From assembly GCA_048937405.1 (NCBI GenBank), contig JBHLNF010000001.1, forward strand, positions 656,785 to 720,784: DNA of 64,000 bases, in the 5' to 3' direction. Both the position numbers and the translations under genes were made by a program. Positions 50,337 to 59,946 of this stretch are shown here, piece by piece. Source of the stretch: Promethearchaeota archaeon. Lineage in GTDB: Archaea > Asgardarchaeota > Lokiarchaeia > Sigyniarchaeales > SOKP01. Each line of letters begins with the position of its first letter. Positions within the stretch are counted from its first letter, which is position 1. The notes under the pieces were generated by a model. The model did no database searches. It saw only the letters and a program-made list of their open reading frames with translations, and was not told the origin of the DNA.

Positions 50337-50562
50337 TAATATTTCTATAATTTACATTTTTATAGAATTTTTTACTCTTTTTCATTTGTTAATATGAACT
50401 GTATAATTGTAATAAGAAAAAATATTTTAAAAAAATCAGAATTTTAAAATCAAAAACAGACTAATTTGTATATAGATAAACTAATAAGAAGATAGTTTTT
50501 TATTCATTAACAACCAATTTTTTTTAAGTAAAAATTAAAATTGTTCTCATTGGTGAACATTA

Positions 50563-51306
50563 ACGTTATTCCAAGCGGAAATAGCACGATTTATACTAAT
50601 TTACATTTTCTTAGGTATTTTAGCAGTTTATTTCTCAATAATTGCCTTTAAAGTCTTAAAGAGAAAAAAACAACGTTTAAATCTAATTATTAGTGGATTT
50701 TATATCAGTCTCTCCACAGGTTTTTATTTAAACATGGTCTATGCCACGATAACTGAACCAATTACTATTTTAATACTTAATTTTTTAACTAATTTCTTTA
50801 TTTTTTTTGGCACAATATTTCTTCTTATCGCAAATTTGATAATACTGGAATCGACTCTTATTTATTCAATAAAAAGACAAAATAAGTTTATTTTATTCTA
50901 TGGAATCTTACTTTTCACAGGTATGTTATTATTAGTAATATTAGGAATATTCTTTGATAATCCAAGTAGTCCGTTTTTAGGAGTCAAAATAATTGGTGTT
51001 GTTCCAAAATGGGGTCCTATTTTTTTTACCTATATAATTTCGATAGTGACTGTTTTTACCCTTATTCCAATAAATTATACGAATTTTAAAATCTTTTTTC
51101 GATTTGAAACTATTGCTTTGAAAAGAAAATGGTTTTATCACTTAGTAGGCTTTTTAGGGATAACAGTGATTTTTTATTTATCGTGCATTTTTAATATTTT
51201 GGATCCTGGACATCCTTTAAAATTGATAATTATATTATTGCATATGTCATTAATAATCTGGGGTTATTTGATGTATTATGGAATTGGAATTAAATTTAAA
51301 GATTGA
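50563..51306 (+). CDS. 7TM membrane protein, paralog of 53288-54007; true start appears to be ACG at 50563
   Basis: The frame is open 57 codons upstream of ATG 50734 and aligns with the paralog N-terminus (ARF..Y..G...KVLKR...RLNLIISGFY). GGTGA SD lies 6 nt before ACG, with an in-frame stop just upstream. Confidence 0.75.
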   Translation, partial: TLFQAEIARFILIYIFLGILAVYFSIIAFKVLKRKKQRLNLIISGFYISLSTGFYLNMVYATITEPITILILNFLTNFFIFFGTIFLLIANLIILESTLIYSIKRQNKFILFYGILLFTGMLLLVILGIFFDNPSSPFLGVKIIGVVPKWGPIFFTYIISIVTVFTLIPINYTNFKIFFRFETIALKRKWFYHLVGFLGITVIFYLSCIFNILDPGHPLKLIIILLHMSLIIWGYLMYYGIGIKFKD

Positions 51307-51466
51307 TATTGAATCCTTATATCTTGAAATAAATATTCATTTTTTTTTTTAGGAATTTTTATGACATAACTTATTTTGTTTTTTTTTTCACGGGAAAAAA
51401 AGGAAAATTTTATATATTCTTTCAAAAAGACTTAATTATCTGAATAAAATTTAATGGGATATTAAG

Positions 51467-52561
51467 ATGGAAACCATTACTAAAAACAAATTAAGAATTC
51501 AAGAAGATGATACTTATTTTCAAAAATTTGTATTTAAAAATGGACGAGAATATGGATTAAGGTTTGCAACTCCAAAAGATGCTGCTGTTATCTTATCCAT
51601 GTTCAAAGAAAGCTATAATTATATATATCCTTATCCACTTGTTTATGATATAGAACTTTTAAAAAAGAATATTGCAAAACCGAATAACTTTTGGGTGTTA
51701 AGCGATTTATTAGAAAGTAAAATAACTGTTGGATGTGCTTTAGTGGAAAGTGAAAGGTATATTGCTCATGCAGGACGTTTAATAGTGAAGAAGAATTTTC
51801 AAAAGCAAGGAATTACAAGAAATTTAGCAGCTGCAGGGCTTATAGCAGTTACAAGGATGCCCCAATTTAAATCTGTTTTAAGACTTAATACTGAAGTTCG
51901 TGCTCCATTAACACAAGTTCAAAATTCCGCTCAGAACGCAGGTGCAATCCCTTATAGTATAATTCCTAGTTATCTTAAATTAGCAGACAACAGATATTTT
52001 GATTTTGATGATAATAACCCATGTATTCCTCAATTTGAAGAATCTGCAGTGCTTTATTCAATGATTTTTAGAAATCTATGGAAAAAAAGAACTAAAAATG
52101 TTTTTCTATTAGATAATGAAGATATAATTTTCCTGTATAAATATGTTAGAAATCAAGCTAAAAGAATGCAAGATGATACATTAATCTTAAAAAATGAGAA
52201 AAACAGTGAATTATATGAACTTTTTGGGGTTTCAAAGGATTTTTACATGGCAAATGTGAATTTATTTGGTTATATAAAAGAAAAATCGCTCAATAACTTA
52301 TTAAAAACCTATAAGAATTGGAGACTTATCATATGGAAAATTCCCACAACGGAACTTGGAATATCTTCAATGTCTCTTGCTCTGAGAAAAGGTTTTAAAG
52401 TGGTGGGTTATGATATTGGATTTAATAATTATAATTGGACATTGTTTGATTCTATTATTCTAGCTTACTATCCTAACAGAAATTATGATTTATCAGATAT
52501 AAAGTGTATAGATTCAATAAAACCACTCTTTGACAGAATAAAGCAACAATTCTTAAATTAA
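51467..52561 (+). CDS. GNAT-like N-acetyltransferase domain protein
   Basis: LRFATPKDA, YPYP, GRLIVKKNFQKQGI (motif A). Confidence 0.7.
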   Translation: METITKNKLRIQEDDTYFQKFVFKNGREYGLRFATPKDAAVILSMFKESYNYIYPYPLVYDIELLKKNIAKPNNFWVLSDLLESKITVGCALVESERYIAHAGRLIVKKNFQKQGITRNLAAAGLIAVTRMPQFKSVLRLNTEVRAPLTQVQNSAQNAGAIPYSIIPSYLKLADNRYFDFDDNNPCIPQFEESAVLYSMIFRNLWKKRTKNVFLLDNEDIIFLYKYVRNQAKRMQDDTLILKNEKNSELYELFGVSKDFYMANVNLFGYIKEKSLNNLLKTYKNWRLIIWKIPTTELGISSMSLALRKGFKVVGYDIGFNNYNWTLFDSIILAYYPNRNYDLSDIKCIDSIKPLFDRIKQQFLN

Positions 52562-52613
52562 TATTCTAAAAAATGCCTTTTTATATGTTTACTATATTAA
52601 ATAAATACAATAA

Positions 52614-53069
52614 TTAAGCAAGTAAAGATATAACCCTTTCTTCAAAAGTCAACGTACTTACATCAAATAACTTATTAAGTGTAGTTTTAAAACTTTCAAA
52701 TTGATTTGATTTAGTAAAATTGCATCCATTAAATTGAGAAATGAATTTTTTTAATACTTTCTCTAATAAAGGAAAAATTGTTTTTCTCAAAAATTTTTCA
52801 AGTCTTTCATCCCTATCTATAACTATAAAAGCCACGATCTCTTGATCAAATTGGAAACAATCTTTCACTATTCCTTTCTTAAAAATTATTGAGAATTTTT
52901 CACTCTCAAAATATTCTACGGGTTCCATTAAACATTCTGCAAAACTAAGAAGTCCACTCATAAGTCCACTTGAACAAACTAGATTTAAATTATCCTTACT
53001 AGCCCTATGATAACTAGAAAATATAATTGGAATTCCTTGAAAGAGTATACCTGCTTCTCTAATCAACAT
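52614..53069 (-). CDS. Stand-alone longin-like domain protein
   Basis: beta-beta-alpha(SGLMSGLLSFA)-beta3-alpha-alpha pattern ending F..F...L, typical of Asgard longins. Confidence 0.7.
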   Translation of the reverse strand: MLIREAGILFQGIPIIFSSYHRASKDNLNLVCSSGLMSGLLSFAECLMEPVEYFESEKFSIIFKKGIVKDCFQFDQEIVAFIVIDRDERLEKFLRKTIFPLLEKVLKKFISQFNGCNFTKSNQFESFKTTLNKLFDVSTLTFEERVISLLA

Positions 53070-53173
53070 GGGAAATATTAAGATAAATTAACTAATAAAG
53101 TGATAAAAACATATTCTAAATAGACGACAATAATTTACGACAAAAAAATAGTATTTAAATGTATTCTTTTTTA

Positions 53174-53196
53174 GTGATATTCCGTCGCAATATCAC
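53174..53196. other. Perfect 8-bp inverted repeat with 7-nt GC-rich loop
   Basis: GTGATATT-ccgtcgc-AATATCAC. Confidence 0.6.
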
Positions 53197-53287
53197 AAAT
53201 AGTAGTGAATCTAAAAATTAAGGGAATCATTCAATAAAATCGAGTAAGTGTACTCCCCATTACCATTTTTTTATTTGATAAATTTAT

Positions 53288-54007
53288 TCACTCCAATTGA
53301 CGCCCTACACCGATATACATTAAATAAGCCCCAGAAATAATCAGAATCAAATCTGCTATTCCTATTACAGCTCTAAAAATAGGGACATCTAAAAAATTAG
53401 AAATAAATATACTATATCCGCATATATAAAAAGCTCCTAATCCGATTATAAAACATTTCCATTTTTTTTTCAATTGGAAATCTTCAAACTTCTTAAATAT
53501 TTTATATGAGCTGTAAAAGGATGGTACTACTACGTATACAGTTACAATAGACACAAAAAAAAGAAAAAAAGGCAACATCCAATGAGGTGTCCAATTTGGA
53601 GGGCCAATTTCTACACCCCAATTTTCTATTAAGAGGAAAATCCACATAAAAGAAAGAACAACAGCATATCCTACTAATATAGCAAGTTGCTTTTTAGTAT
53701 TAATAACTCTTTCTGGTTTTAGCAACATTAGTTCAAATACTAAAATAAAAATTGGTGAATAAAATGCAAAAAATGTCGTTATTCCATGCATGATAAGGAC
53801 AATATTTACATCTGTTATCGGAGCGTAGATAAAATTTACACCAAATCCGATAACATTACCTAGGTAGAATCCGGTGAATATTAAGTTCAATCGTTTTGTA
53901 TCGCGTTTAAGAATTTTATAGATTAAAAAAATGAAGTAGAAAAACATTACTCCTTGGGCAATATATACTGTAAAAAATCTAGGTATACTCAGTTGATAAA
54001 ACGACAT
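53288..54007 (-). CDS. Stand-alone 7TM membrane protein (receptor/sensor-like)
   Basis: Seven hydrophobic segments; KILKR..RLN, PxW and LKKKW motifs shared with 50563-51306. Confidence 0.75.
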   Translation of the reverse strand: MSFYQLSIPRFFTVYIAQGVMFFYFIFLIYKILKRDTKRLNLIFTGFYLGNVIGFGVNFIYAPITDVNIVLIMHGITTFFAFYSPIFILVFELMLLKPERVINTKKQLAILVGYAVVLSFMWIFLLIENWGVEIGPPNWTPHWMLPFFLFFVSIVTVYVVVPSFYSSYKIFKKFEDFQLKKKWKCFIIGLGAFYICGYSIFISNFLDVPIFRAVIGIADLILIISGAYLMYIGVGRQLE

Positions 54008-54313
54008 TTTAAGATACCATCATCATATTACCAATTTTGAAAAAAATTATACTTAATAATACTATTGTCTTTGATGTTCTATTTATTATTGTGGTTTTTA
54101 GTAGTGATCTCTAAACAATCATATAATTTAAAAAATGTATTATAGGATTATAAGTAATCAAAAATTTATCTTAAATTGATATTTGATTACTAACAGATAA
54201 TTTTTCTAATTCTTTCATCTAATTTATTGAATCTTTTTTTCATTTTTTAATTGATAAATACAGAAATACAATTAGAAATATGATATATGAGAATTAATCC
54301 TTCATATCAATAT

Positions 54314-55432
54314 TTATGCTGCAAAAATCTCTTCTATAATGTTTTTTATTGGATAAAATATGGTAAGATCTCCAGTCCAATTATTTAGGATACTACTATA
54401 AACTTCCTCAATCTTTATTATTAATTTCCTAAGATTGTGAATAAAAAATTTCAATTCTTCCTTACAAATTAATACTCCAGTTATATAATCACCAGAAAAA
54501 AGAATCAAAATTTTGTTATATTTTTTTATAATAGAAATTTCACTAGATTTACCTTCAATTAGTTCATTAAGCATTATATTCATTGAAGCCAATGTTCCTG
54601 AGACAAATTGATTTTCTAAAATCTTAGTCTTGCTTGAGAAGGAATAAGCAAATAAACAAATCCCTGTATTGTTTAATATATAAATATCTTCAATTTTATC
54701 TTGCCAGTCAAATTCAAAGAACGGAGGGATTTTTCTGAAAAAAATGAAAATTAGGGCAATGGCTATTAGTTGAAGAGTAATTCCAACAAATCTTATTATG
54801 AGTCCAAAAACTTGAAGAATTAAATCCATCGAAAAAACATATCCAATTAAAATAAGTAATATGATTATTGTCCCTTTTAAGAAACTTTTTGATAAAATTT
54901 CTTGTTTTGCTGATTTTCTACCAAGATCTTTTACATAAAGCAAAAATAAGAAAGTGAATAAAGGCCATGATACAACTGAAAGTGAATGAATAAATAATAA
55001 ATCAATGAAAAATAGAATGGAAAATAAAAATAATAAGATAATAAAAGTTAGTGTGAAAAAATACTTCTTAAAAAAGAATTTTTTATTTTTCTCTATAAAA
55101 TATGAAAACAATAAAATACCTATCATTAGTGAAAAAAAACCAAAATTATAAAAAAGTTGTCTGTAATTCCCCTCTGACCAAATTAAAAAAGGAGAAATTC
55201 TATTATTAGATAAATAGTAGCTAGAAATTATAGATAAAATTTTTAATACTGAAAATCCAAAAAATAATGATGCAAATCCTAAATCTTGTGAGTTTTTAAT
55301 ACTTATCGCTTGTTTTCTATATTTAATTAAAAAGATTATTCCAAGTTCAAGAGCAAAAAAGGCAAAAATCGATTCCATTATTAAAAGTGTAAATCTAAAC
55401 GAGGTTGTTATTGGAAATTCGATATACATCAA
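54314..55432 (-). CDS. 7TM + C-terminal longin-like domain fusion protein
   Basis: Seven TM segments, linker PPFFEFDW, then IYILNNTGICLFAYSF...FVSGTL...WTGDLTIF. Confidence 0.75.
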   Translation of the reverse strand: MMYIEFPITTSFRFTLLIMESIFAFFALELGIIFLIKYRKQAISIKNSQDLGFASLFFGFSVLKILSIISSYYLSNNRISPFLIWSEGNYRQLFYNFGFFSLMIGILLFSYFIEKNKKFFFKKYFFTLTFIILLFLFSILFFIDLLFIHSLSVVSWPLFTFLFLLYVKDLGRKSAKQEILSKSFLKGTIIILLILIGYVFSMDLILQVFGLIIRFVGITLQLIAIALIFIFFRKIPPFFEFDWQDKIEDIYILNNTGICLFAYSFSSKTKILENQFVSGTLASMNIMLNELIEGKSSEISIIKKYNKILILFSGDYITGVLICKEELKFFIHNLRKLIIKIEEVYSSILNNWTGDLTIFYPIKNIIEEIFAA

Positions 55433-55438
55433 CTTTTT

Positions 55439-56587
55439 TTACATCTGTAGTATTTGATTCATAATATTATCAAAACTGCTAAATAATTGTGAATATTCTT
55501 CTGAAAAGTTATTTAAATTTAATAGAATTTCTCTAAAAAATAATTCAAACCTACCTTTTATAGATTTTAAAAGATGAGGAGTGCTAATTAAATGAACTTT
55601 AACAATTAAGACAAATGTTAAGTAGAATGGATATTGACTATCCTCTAGGAAAATATGATAATCACCTTTTTCAATTTCATTTAAACCTTTACCTTTAGTA
55701 TTTGTAATTATTCCTATAATGGATTCAATCCCTAAAATTCCTTTAGAAAATAGATTTTCAAACTGTTTGAGATGATTTTGATTCTGAGCATTTTTATCCT
55801 TAAATTTTTCAATGAAATCATAACTATAAATGCAACTTTTGTTTTGTTGGTTAATTATAAATAATTTAATGAGGTTTTTCCTCCATTCAAATTCATAAAA
55901 AGGAGGAAAATTAATTACGGAAAATGATATAATAATGAATCCAATTATTAACACACAAATACCAGTGTAATAAATTATTTCATTTAAAATTGGGGGTAAA
56001 ACACCTAATCCAACAAAAATAGCGAAGGTTAAAGCAACTAAACTTATTAATGTACCATATAAAAATAATTCGAATTTTTTTTTTATATTTCCTACAACCT
56101 TTCTTATCATAATCATTTGAAATCTTACTAAGTACAAACCATTTAATACAATAAAAATAATACTGCTTATAAATAAGGGTGAGAGTAAATTTGGCACAAT
56201 AAATAAAACCACTACAGGAATAATAGTAAAGATTAGTAAAATTTTAGCGATTTTAATATTTATAACACTTGAAAACTCTTTAGCAATTATGATGGAAGAA
56301 AAACATATTGTTGAAAAAAAACCAAAAAACCAACCTATTCTCGTAATTATTACATGAATTATTTCATTTTCAATAAAATTCCTTGCTATATGTATCAATA
56401 ACGTACCTAATATTAAAAAAAATATAAATGAACCAAATGCTAATAAAATTCTATTTAATGGAAGATTTTTATCTCTTGTTTTTTGATATTGGAAAAATAA
56501 ATAAATTGTTAATTGAAATCCCATCATGATAGGTAACAAAAAAGCTATAAATTGCAGTTCTTTATTAATTTCAATTTGAGAAAGCAT
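55439..56587 (-). CDS. 7TM + C-terminal longin-like domain fusion protein
   Basis: Seven TM segments, linker PPFYEFEW, then LFIIN...CIYSYDF...LFSKGILGIESII...FSSFDNIM. Confidence 0.75.
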   Translation of the reverse strand: MLSQIEINKELQFIAFLLPIMMGFQLTIYLFFQYQKTRDKNLPLNRILLAFGSFIFFLILGTLLIHIARNFIENEIIHVIITRIGWFFGFFSTICFSSIIIAKEFSSVINIKIAKILLIFTIIPVVVLFIVPNLLSPLFISSIIFIVLNGLYLVRFQMIMIRKVVGNIKKKFELFLYGTLISLVALTFAIFVGLGVLPPILNEIIYYTGICVLIIGFIIISFSVINFPPFYEFEWRKNLIKLFIINQQNKSCIYSYDFIEKFKDKNAQNQNHLKQFENLFSKGILGIESIIGIITNTKGKGLNEIEKGDYHIFLEDSQYPFYLTFVLIVKVHLISTPHLLKSIKGRFELFFREILLNLNNFSEEYSQLFSSFDNIMNQILQM

Positions 56588-56690
56588 TTTTATATAATAA
56601 AAAAAAATATATAGATTCTGAATTTTCTGATGTTTTTTGCTTTAAATGATTAAATTCAATATTAAATATTTAACTGGAGTATTTAACCAT

Positions 56691-57224
56691 TTATATTATC
56701 ATTTTATCTGTTAAAATTTTTCTCAATAAAGTCTCAAATACTAATTCCACATTTTCCCCAGTTTTGGATGAGCAATCAATATAATCAAATAAATTGTATC
56801 GTTGAGCGATTTTATCTCCCTCTTTCCGCGAAAAATTAATCTGATCTTTAAGATCAGACTTACCTCCAACCAGTAAAACTGGGATATCTATTTTTTCAGT
56901 GGTCTGCTCCTTTCTAAAGGTATCTACCCAAGCTTCTACGTTCTCTAAGGTCTCATATCTGGAAAGATCAAACATAAAAATACCTCCAGAAGATCCTCTT
57001 GAGTATAAAGGCAATAGAAAAGTAAATATACGCTCCCCTCCAAAATCCCACACTTGTAGTACAATTTTTATATCATCAATTTGCATAAATTTAACAAATA
57101 TCTCTGCTCCCATAGTGATCTGAATGTTTTCTTCAAAATATCCTTTGAGAAATCTTCGAGCTAATGTAGTTTTACCTACACAGGTTTCTCCAAAAATACA
57201 AATTTTATAAGCTAACTCTCCCAT
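56691..57224 (-). CDS. Rab-like small GTPase
   Basis: G1 GETCVGKT, switch I TMGAEIF, G3 WDFGGE, LYSRGS, G4 GKSD, G5 SSKTGENV; no C-terminal prenylation cysteines. Confidence 0.93.
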   Translation of the reverse strand: MGELAYKICIFGETCVGKTTLARRFLKGYFEENIQITMGAEIFVKFMQIDDIKIVLQVWDFGGERIFTFLLPLYSRGSSGGIFMFDLSRYETLENVEAWVDTFRKEQTTEKIDIPVLLVGGKSDLKDQINFSRKEGDKIAQRYNLFDYIDCSSKTGENVELVFETLLRKILTDKMII

Positions 57225-57481
57225 AGCATAAACCTTCGCTTTTAGTTCTTATAATTAAAAATATTCTAATTTAAAATAATCTTAGATTTCTTAGATCTAT
57301 AATATCCTCAACCTACAGCAAAATATAAGATCCTTAACTGATACAAATATTGAATATTCTAACCAATATTAATTTCACTTTATATATTTCTAAAACTAGA
57401 TTAATAACTATTTAATTCTTATTTAAAATTAATTTTAATGCAAACTTAAATATCTCAAAAAAAAGAATAAAAATAAATAAT

Positions 57482-58918
57482 TTATTTTTTCTTGCGTTTA
57501 GGTTCAATCTTTTTAATTACTATTGATTCTGCATGAATTTTACAATTCTTTAAGATTACCTTAAAGCCACCAGCTCCACCAACCCCCGGAATTGTCATTC
57601 CAACGGTTCCCATTGGAACCATCGCTCCTTCTTCTTCCCATTCTTCCTCTTCTTCCACTCCTCCTACAGCAGCTTTGTAATCTTCAGTTTCGATAATTGG
57701 ATGTCCCACTTTTTCTAACCATGCTGGTAATTCACTTAAATCAGAAACCTCTTCTTCCGTTGCAATTTTATCCCGTAGATCTTCTGGAAGGAATTCATAA
57801 ACGCGTTCCTTAACGCCTTTACCCATCCATACTATGGTGTAAATTCCTGACTTAAGACCTGCATTAACGCCATCATACTTTTGATATTTGGGTGATACAA
57901 TGTATTGTATGCTTATGCCATTAAACCCGGGCATTTGTTTTCCTCCACCGGTTTGATTGGCCATAGCACTAAAAGGAAGACCATTAATAGCGACACCATC
58001 AAAATTTCGATCAATAATTCCGTGACCAGCGCCAGTTTCTGGAATAAAGAAATCAATTGCTTCAAAACAGCCACAACTAGTATGAGGGAACTCCATTCCA
58101 GAGTAAAGATAAATTCTATCGATTTCCCCCAGTGAACGTTTTTTAATCATTTCGTTGACTCCAGAAAATTCACCGGCTAATTCATTAATTGTTTCACCAG
58201 GAGGTACTTCATAAAGAGGTCCTTTTGGGTCTACGCGTGCGGCGGCTCTGGCATCAAACCATGAAATAGAGCCACATAAACTCATTCGATTTGGTGTAAT
58301 ACAACAAGCATGAGTTGGGGCAAAACTCTGACACAAAACACAACCATAAAACATATCAACGTCCTCATCGTTGATACTTCTTGCTCTTTCGTCTCGTTTC
58401 TCGTAAATCTCCATTGCCATTTTGTAAGGTTCTTCTATTTTTTTCGGATCAGTATAGATTGTGACTTGAGCTTTTTTTATAATTGGTAGTTCAGCTTTAT
58501 ACAATCTAATTAGGACTGTTCCAAGCATCTGAAAGTTATCAAATCCTTTTTCTACAGCATTTTTAGAAATTCGCATCCAATTAGTATATCTTTGGTTTAA
58601 ATGCATTATTCCATTTACAAAGTTGCAAAATTCATGAACTCTTCTTTCAAATACAGCTTCTAAATCTTCTTCTAGTTCAGGTCCGGCAACTTCTACCAAA
58701 ATACCAATAGGATGCCTTGAACCTAATTCCATATCTTTTATATCTGGACCGATAAGAGTTACCTTTCCATCCTCAATTTCCTTATCCTTCTTAACACGTA
58801 CGAGTTCGAAGTGCTTCTCAATTTTAGGTCCGCCAAGTTCAACATACATTTGATTACCCCTAATACGTTCACCTTCGTATACGGGTCCAACATCTACAGG
58901 GATATCACTAAAACTCAT
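57482..58918 (-). CDS. cdhC: Acetyl-CoA decarbonylase/synthase beta subunit (ACS)
   Basis: YEGERIR, ERRVH, CVLCQSFAP, SCGCFE A-cluster ligands. Confidence 0.95.
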   Translation of the reverse strand: MSFSDIPVDVGPVYEGERIRGNQMYVELGGPKIEKHFELVRVKKDKEIEDGKVTLIGPDIKDMELGSRHPIGILVEVAGPELEEDLEAVFERRVHEFCNFVNGIMHLNQRYTNWMRISKNAVEKGFDNFQMLGTVLIRLYKAELPIIKKAQVTIYTDPKKIEEPYKMAMEIYEKRDERARSINDEDVDMFYGCVLCQSFAPTHACCITPNRMSLCGSISWFDARAAARVDPKGPLYEVPPGETINELAGEFSGVNEMIKKRSLGEIDRIYLYSGMEFPHTSCGCFEAIDFFIPETGAGHGIIDRNFDGVAINGLPFSAMANQTGGGKQMPGFNGISIQYIVSPKYQKYDGVNAGLKSGIYTIVWMGKGVKERVYEFLPEDLRDKIATEEEVSDLSELPAWLEKVGHPIIETEDYKAAVGGVEEEEEWEEEGAMVPMGTVGMTIPGVGGAGGFKVILKNCKIHAESIVIKKIEPKRKKK

Positions 58919-58953
58919 ATATTAAATCTCCTCACATTTTTTCCATATTATAT

Positions 58954-59493
58954 TTATAAATTTTTAATCAAATTTTCTAGAAATATCTTCCATTCTTCTT
59001 CGCTTAGATTTGGTAAACTAAATCTAGCGTTTGGATGAGAATATTTATCTAGATCAATTGTTCTTAACCAATTTGTAAAATTTTTAAGCCTAGACAATGT
59101 TTGAGAAACATAAAATACTATATGTCCCCCAAATATAGCCATTGAATACTGTCCTTCTCCATCTAATCCAGCCCAATCTTTATCAGATAAACGGTTTGTA
59201 ATATTTATCAAGGACATATCATACAATTTATTATCGGTGATTTTATCTTTTAAATAACTATATGCATGTCCTGTTGACACTACGTGACAGTCAATTTTAT
59301 TTGCTATTTCTATGAAATAATCCGCAACCTTTTTGCCATCAAGCTCCCAATTTAATGATTCAGCACCAATCACAAAAACAGTCTTCTTAGGGGTTTTAAG
59401 TAAATTAGCCATTACTGTTGGATCTGAAACAGAAGTACCCATCTCAGGACCAGGAATGTTAGCTTTTTGATACGGACGTGCCATTTCACTCAA
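58954..59493 (-). CDS. cdhB: CO dehydrogenase/ACS epsilon subunit
   Basis: WAGLDGEGQY, SQTLSRLKNF, HPNARFSLPN; upstream of cdhC. Confidence 0.9.
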   Translation of the reverse strand: MSEMARPYQKANIPGPEMGTSVSDPTVMANLLKTPKKTVFVIGAESLNWELDGKKVADYFIEIANKIDCHVVSTGHAYSYLKDKITDNKLYDMSLINITNRLSDKDWAGLDGEGQYSMAIFGGHIVFYVSQTLSRLKNFTNWLRTIDLDKYSHPNARFSLPNLSEEEWKIFLENLIKNL

Positions 59494-59637
59494 TTTCCTC
59501 TGTTTTTATTTTTAGCTAGAACTTTTAAAATAGTTGTTATACTTAGAATTATTAAAGACAATTTAAAAAAATTGTTTTTATTAAGTTTAACTCAAAATTA
59601 GTCATTCTATAAATTTTAAAGAAGTGAAAATAGATTT

Positions 59638-59940
59638 ATGTGTGAATTTAAAATAATTAATAAAAGTGATAATTCTCAAATAGCAGAAGAAATTTTAATT
59701 TTATCTTATACAGATACTCATGAATTAATTCTAAAAGATGTATTAGGTATGGGAGAGAAATTAGATTCTGCTTTAATTTTAGATGTAAATACTCTAAATC
59801 AAAAATGTATGATACTGCAACATCCTCTTATCAAAGATTTTTTAGATCTACTTTTTAATATAAGCTCTCAAACTGTAAAACCAACTCAATTTGATGAATT
59901 TATAAGAAAAGTTGAAGAATTAAAAAAAAATTTAAAATAA
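59638..59940 (+). CDS. CooT-like nickel-binding protein
   Basis: N-terminal MCE, LILKDVLG, DV.TL; divergent from cdhB. Confidence 0.7.
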   Translation: MCEFKIINKSDNSQIAEEILILSYTDTHELILKDVLGMGEKLDSALILDVNTLNQKCMILQHPLIKDFLDLLFNISSQTVKPTQFDEFIRKVEELKKNLK

Positions 59941-59946
59941 ATTAGA

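Noticed and set aside
53288-56587. Calling the 7TM domains rhodopsins or true GPCRs
   Set aside because: No retinal-binding Lys motif in TM7 and no DRY/NPxxY motifs; seven helices alone do not show homology.
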